Shown piece after piece: positions 59,570 through 64,000 of a DNA stretch of 64,000 bases. The notes beneath the pieces are model-generated. The model had not been told where the DNA came from. It did not search any database and saw only the letters and a list, made by a program, of their open reading frames with translations. This DNA is from an uncultured Planctomycetia bacterium (GTDB taxonomy: Bacteria; Omnitrophota; Gorgyraeia; B26-G9). Every line of letters begins with the position of its first letter. Within the stretch, counting starts at the first letter, position 1. Location of the stretch: assembly GCA_964437495.1 (NCBI GenBank), contig CAYTGV010000003.1:17910-81909 (forward strand), written 5' to 3'. A program made the translations under genes and the position numbers.

Positions 59570-59665
59570 TTTACAAACTAATAGGTTTTTATTGTGCTAA
59601 TTATATTCAAAGAGTATAATATTTTTAATTACTAATCAGTTGTTGAAAATTAAAGGAAATAGGGA

Positions 59666-60217
59666 ATGGATAAGATCAGAGAATTAAGAGAAATTGCGAT
59701 TGCTATTGATAACTGGGATGATGTTTTTTCTGATTTTGACCCCAGGCCTCTAAGCGAACGGGTTCTTTCGGAAGATTTCATTATTGAATTGAAGCAGCGT
59801 TATCGGGAGACCAGCAAGGGGGATTTTATTGTGACCATCTGCGCGCCTCAATTCCTTGAAAACAAGAAATCCGAGCGCACAGTTGCCAAAAGGCTTAAGC
59901 GCCATTTTCTGCACAGGGCTTTAGTGCGAAAAAAAGAAAACATTCGTTTGCGTATTCGAGGTTTGGTGTTTGTATTATGCGGTATTTGTTTTCTTACTTT
60001 TCTGACTTTGGCTGCCTATTATAAATGGTTTGATGATCTAGTGATAAATATCATCAGCATTGTAGTAATGCCTTTGGGCTGGTTTGGCATCTGGGAGGGG
60101 TTTTCCAAGATAGTAGATCCATCTTCGGCATCTATACAGGATGAAAAATTTTATAATAAACTTAGCAAGGCTCAGTACCGCTTCACATATATCCCTACTA
60201 AGTCCGAACTAACTTAA
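59666..60217 (+). CDS. Hypothetical membrane protein (2 TM)
   Basis: DVFSDFDPRP...GWFGIWEG. Confidence 0.7.
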   Translation: MDKIRELREIAIAIDNWDDVFSDFDPRPLSERVLSEDFIIELKQRYRETSKGDFIVTICAPQFLENKKSERTVAKRLKRHFLHRALVRKKENIRLRIRGLVFVLCGICFLTFLTLAAYYKWFDDLVINIISIVVMPLGWFGIWEGFSKIVDPSSASIQDEKFYNKLSKAQYRFTYIPTKSELT

Positions 60218-60310
60218 AAACTAAAATAAAAAATTATATTGTTGGAAGTGTGGTAGGGGGGTTAGGTTTGAACTATTGACAAAGCGATTATAAATTGATT
60301 AAATTTGTTT

Positions 60311-60553
60311 ATGGCAAGACCATTAAGGATAGAATATCCAGGAGCGATATATCATGTAACAAGCCGGGGGATAGACCGGCGGAAGATATTTAATGCAGAT
60401 AAAGATTTCCGGCATCTAGTAGAGTTGTTAAAAGAAGGTGCGGATTTTTTTAGAGTGGAAGTAATCGTTTATTGTTTAATGAGCAATTACTTTTATTTTT
60501 TAATGCAGCCACTTCAAAAAAAACGATTGACATTTTTTTTATCTATGATATAA
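60311..60553 (+). pseudogene. Truncated REP-associated tyrosine transposase (RAYT/Y1)
   Basis: MARPLRIEYPGAIYHVTSRG; HUH motif decayed to NYFY; C-terminal half missing. Confidence 0.85.
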
Positions 60554-60588
60554 AGATATTCGAATATCTGAATAAGAAGGAGGTGAAA

Positions 60589-60873
60589 ATGATGGGTATC
60601 GATTACAGAAAAGTTTCTGATTTTTTTAATGTCTTTTCTCATCCTACTCGCGTTGAAATGGCCGCGGAATTATTGAAAGGTAAAAAATGTGTTAGTGACA
60701 TAAGAGAGCTGTTGGAGGTAAATCAACCGAATGTTTCACAGCATCTATCTTTATTAAAGTTAAATGATATTGTTGACTGGGGTCAGGAAGGAAAGAGAAA
60801 ATGTTATTTCTTAAAAAATCCTCACTTGATAAAGGACATTTTTGATGTATTGAAGAAAAATAATTTATTATAA
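60589..60873 (+). CDS. ArsR regulator
   Basis: HPTR, CVSD, QPNVSQHL. Confidence 0.9.
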   Translation: MMGIDYRKVSDFFNVFSHPTRVEMAAELLKGKKCVSDIRELLEVNQPNVSQHLSLLKLNDIVDWGQEGKRKCYFLKNPHLIKDIFDVLKKNNLL

Positions 60874-60922
60874 TCTTGAATAAAGCCTTATCTTGTGAAG
60901 GTTTTTGATTTGGGGAGAAAAA

Positions 60923-61840
60923 ATGAAGCGAAAAGATTTAATAGTAATAGGCGCGGGGCCAGCAGGTCTTAGCGCGGGTATACATGCTGGTTATTTTGGC
61001 GTCAAGGCATTAATTTTTGAAGGAAATATCCCAGGGGGATTGGCGGCAGAAATTCCTTTATTGGAGAACTACCCAGGTCTTAAAGATGGAATTAACGGCA
61101 GCGGTTTTATTGAGATGATGATTGAGCAATGTAATAAATATAAAGCAGAGATGCATCAGTTTGAAAAAGTGGTTAAATTAGATCTTAAGGGTAAAGAAAA
61201 AATAATTAAAACAGACAAATCTGAATATATAACTGACGCAGTTATTATTGCCTCGGGCAGGATGCCAAAGACGCTTGGGGTTTCCGGTGAAGATGAATTT
61301 CGCGGTAAGGGAGTTAGCTACTGTGCTGTTTGCGACGGAGCTTTTTTTAAGGGCAAGAAGGTAATTGTAATAGGAGAAAAGAGTCCCGCTGCAGAGATTG
61401 CTGTATACTTTTCCAGTATAGCATCAAAAGTAACTTTGATATGTTTAAGGCCTCAAATAGAAGCAGAGAAGCTTCTTATAGAAAGATTGGTAGGAAAGAA
61501 AGCGGAAATTTTTAACAATGTGGAAGTAAGAGAGCTTAAAGGAGATGTTAAGATAAAAAGTATCGTTTTATCCGACAAGAATACAGGTGATATTAAAGAA
61601 ATAGAAGCTGATGGAGTATTTTTTCAGTTGGAAGAAATTCCTAATAGCCAGTTAGCAAAAAAGGCGGGGATAGAGATAAATGAAAAGGGCTATATAATTG
61701 TTGATGAAAAAGGAAGAACGAATATTAATGGAGTATACGCGGTTGGTGATGTAACTAATCATTCGGTAAAACAGGTAATTACTGCTGTTGCCCAAGCGGC
61801 TGTTGCGGTTAATGATATATTTGAGAAAAGAGATATATAA
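60923..61840 (+). CDS. trxB: Thioredoxin reductase
   Basis: GAGPAG, ENYPG, GVSYCAVCDG, GDV. Confidence 0.9.
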   Translation: MKRKDLIVIGAGPAGLSAGIHAGYFGVKALIFEGNIPGGLAAEIPLLENYPGLKDGINGSGFIEMMIEQCNKYKAEMHQFEKVVKLDLKGKEKIIKTDKSEYITDAVIIASGRMPKTLGVSGEDEFRGKGVSYCAVCDGAFFKGKKVIVIGEKSPAAEIAVYFSSIASKVTLICLRPQIEAEKLLIERLVGKKAEIFNNVEVRELKGDVKIKSIVLSDKNTGDIKEIEADGVFFQLEEIPNSQLAKKAGIEINEKGYIIVDEKGRTNINGVYAVGDVTNHSVKQVITAVAQAAVAVNDIFEKRDI

Positions 61841-61842
61841 GA

Positions 61843-63630
61843 ATGGCACAGGATAAAAAGGAAAAACGAATAGGTGTTTTTATCTGTCATTGCGGTAAAA
61901 ATATTGCCGGCGGTGTAGATATAGATTCTTTACTTGAATATTCAAAAGGGCTCCAGGACGTTGTTTTTGTCATAGATAACAAATTCTCCTGTTCTGAGGA
62001 AGGACAGGTTGCTATTCAAAACGCCATAAAAGAAAATAAATTAAATCGATTTATTGTTGTCGCTTGCAGCCCCAGCCTTCATTTAGCGACTTTTCAGCGA
62101 TGTGGAAAGAAAATGGGCGTAGAAGAGGCATTTGTAGACTTAATTGATGTCAGGAAGTGGACTATGCATAGCAGTCCCCATAAGGTTAATCATGAGAAAG
62201 CACTAGAGAATTCTACGAAACTTATTGAACAAGCTGCGAGAAGAATGCGTTTAAAACGGAGGATTCCCAAGGTTACCATAGAGGTTAATTCTTCAATTTT
62301 GGTTATTGGCGGAGGAGTCGCTGGTTTAGAGGCCTCCTTGGATTTAGCGGATAAGGGGTATAAGGTAGATCTTGTAGAAAGATTGCCGACTATTGGCGGA
62401 AAGATGGCCTTGCTTTATAAAGTGTTTCCCACAAACGATTGTGCTCCTTGCATATTAGCTCCTAAAACCGCATATGCTAATATCCATTCAAACATAAATT
62501 TGTTGATCAATTCAGAGATAATAAATGTAGAAGGCTATATAGGTAATTTTAGCGTTATGGTTAATCAAAATCCTAGATATGTTGACGAGAAAAAATGTAC
62601 CGGCTGCGGATTATGTGTTGAAAAATGTCCGATAAAGGTGATTGATAATGAATATTCAAGAGGTTTAGGTAAGCGTAAGGCAATATATATACCCTATGAC
62701 CAGGCAATACCGAAGAAAGCGATCATAGATAAACAAAATTGTCTTTATTTTCAAAAAGGTTCTTGTAAGCTATGTGAAAAAGTTTGTCCTGCTCAAGCAA
62801 TAGATTTTGAGCAGCAGCCGAAAGAGATAGCGTTAAAAGTGGGTGCGATCATTGTGGCTACGGGTTTTGATGAGTATAATCCTACTCCAAAGACTGAATA
62901 TGGGTATGGGCGTTACGGAAATGTTGTTACCCAGTTTCAATTAGCGAGGCTGTTAGACATAGATGGGCCTACAAAAGGCAGGCTTTTGAGGCCGACTGAC
63001 GGGAAGGAACCAAAGAATATTGTTATGATTCAATGCGTGGGCTCACGAGATGAAAATACGAATGGTTATTGTTCTTCAGTTTGCTGTATGTACGCCTTAA
63101 AGCACGCACAAATAATAAAGGAAATGGTTTTACCTGATAGCGAAATCTATATTTGTTATATAGATATACGTACTACAGGGAAAGGTTTTGAAGAGTATTA
63201 TAGACACACCAGGGAATTGGGTGTTAATTTTATTCGCGCCAGGCCTTCTGAGATTGTGGAAAACAGAGAGACAAAAAATCTTATTTTAAAAGTAGAAGAT
63301 CCTGATATTGGCGCGCTTATTGAGCTGGAAGCGGATTTAGTAGTATTATCTTCTGCCACAGTTCCATCCCGGGGGACAAGAGAACTTTCAGAGATTTTAC
63401 GTTTAAATTTAGATGAGAATGGATTTTTTAAGGAAGTTCATCCCAAGCTTCGTCCGGTAGAAACGAATGTCCGGGGAATTTATATCTGCGGTTCTGCGCA
63501 GGGACCAAAAGATATTCCTGATTCAATCGTGCAGGCAAAAGCCGCGGCTTCTTGCGTGGATACTGAGTTAAGAAAAGGTAAGATAGAACTTCCTGAGGTT
63601 GTAGTAAATTCCGTTAAAATTTTGCATTAA
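61843..63630 (+). CDS. hdrA: Heterodisulfide reductase subunit A-like flavoprotein
   Basis: CHCG, ACSP, GGGVAG, FPTNDC..C, ferredoxin clusters, CVGSR, CSSVCC, GPKDI. Confidence 0.88.
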   Translation: MAQDKKEKRIGVFICHCGKNIAGGVDIDSLLEYSKGLQDVVFVIDNKFSCSEEGQVAIQNAIKENKLNRFIVVACSPSLHLATFQRCGKKMGVEEAFVDLIDVRKWTMHSSPHKVNHEKALENSTKLIEQAARRMRLKRRIPKVTIEVNSSILVIGGGVAGLEASLDLADKGYKVDLVERLPTIGGKMALLYKVFPTNDCAPCILAPKTAYANIHSNINLLINSEIINVEGYIGNFSVMVNQNPRYVDEKKCTGCGLCVEKCPIKVIDNEYSRGLGKRKAIYIPYDQAIPKKAIIDKQNCLYFQKGSCKLCEKVCPAQAIDFEQQPKEIALKVGAIIVATGFDEYNPTPKTEYGYGRYGNVVTQFQLARLLDIDGPTKGRLLRPTDGKEPKNIVMIQCVGSRDENTNGYCSSVCCMYALKHAQIIKEMVLPDSEIYICYIDIRTTGKGFEEYYRHTRELGVNFIRARPSEIVENRETKNLILKVEDPDIGALIELEADLVVLSSATVPSRGTRELSEILRLNLDENGFFKEVHPKLRPVETNVRGIYICGSAQGPKDIPDSIVQAKAAASCVDTELRKGKIELPEVVVNSVKILH

Positions 63631-63694
63631 AGGCGCGACAGTTATATTGGATGAGGGGGTAAAACAAAAAAGGAAAATTAAGGAGGTATTAATT

Positions 63695-63970
63695 GTGGCA
63701 GAGGTTTATGTAGAGGAATTTATGTCCCCGGGATGCACAGGGTGCCCGGCAGCAAGGCAGATGCTTAAAGAATTATCTGAAGAGTTAGAGGGTGAGATGA
63801 CAGTGGAGGAAGTGGATATAACTGTTGATACTACTAGAGCGGCAGAGTACGGTATTATGTCAGTTCCCTCCATAGTTATTAATGGCGTGCTTAAATTTAC
63901 GGGGGTGCCGAAGAAAGAAGAATTGAAAAAAGCACTTGAGGAAGAATTTGAGACGGATGAACCCAGTTAG
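63695..63970 (+). CDS. Thioredoxin/glutaredoxin-like protein
   Basis: SPGCTGCP, SVPSIVING; AGGAGG before GTG. Confidence 0.85.
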   Translation: MAEVYVEEFMSPGCTGCPAARQMLKELSEELEGEMTVEEVDITVDTTRAAEYGIMSVPSIVINGVLKFTGVPKKEELKKALEEEFETDEPS

Positions 63971-64000
63971 ATCTGAACAAAAAAAGTCTAATGGGGTAAT

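Noticed and set aside
1-64000. tRNA/rRNA genes
   Set aside because: None were recognised by eye; a tRNAscan/Infernal run would be needed to exclude them

Overview
AT-rich bacterial chromosome window from a probable anaerobe. The gene content is reminiscent of Candidatus Omnitrophota, but that is an impression and is not verified. 1-26.2 kb is housekeeping and accessory: polyprenyl synthase, menA, NDH-2, an ArsR-permease-thioredoxin unit, an XRE-M20-ackA-ackA' operon, GH26, a TetR-RND pump, trkAH, mscS, corA and desulforedoxin. 26,359-45,572 is a ~19.2 kb defence-type island inserted at the Cys codon of the miaB start (FYIKTFG|CQMN) by a large serine recombinase. Besides attL and attR it contains a third, intact attP in inverted orientation near 36,964, so both halves are bracketed by inverted repeats. 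The crossover also switches the integrase C-terminus and supplies miaB with a new N-terminus. Island cargo is a DUF1016-SNase fusion, a DUF6978/DUF1828-1829-like pair, PLD-helicase plus adenine MTase, HEPN-like proteins and a PHP-ATPase with one in-frame TGA, with relics of earlier HTH and integrase copies between genes. 45.5-64 kb holds miaB-TPR/SPOR-miaA, a compact mfd-surA-pdxA-rsmA operon and an ArsR-trxB-hdrA-trx cluster. It also holds three otherwise unrelated signal-peptide proteins sharing an N-terminal TLSP motif and a C-terminal I(D/E)x(A/S)I end, a candidate undescribed export signal. All family calls come from motif recognition by eye; no searches were run.
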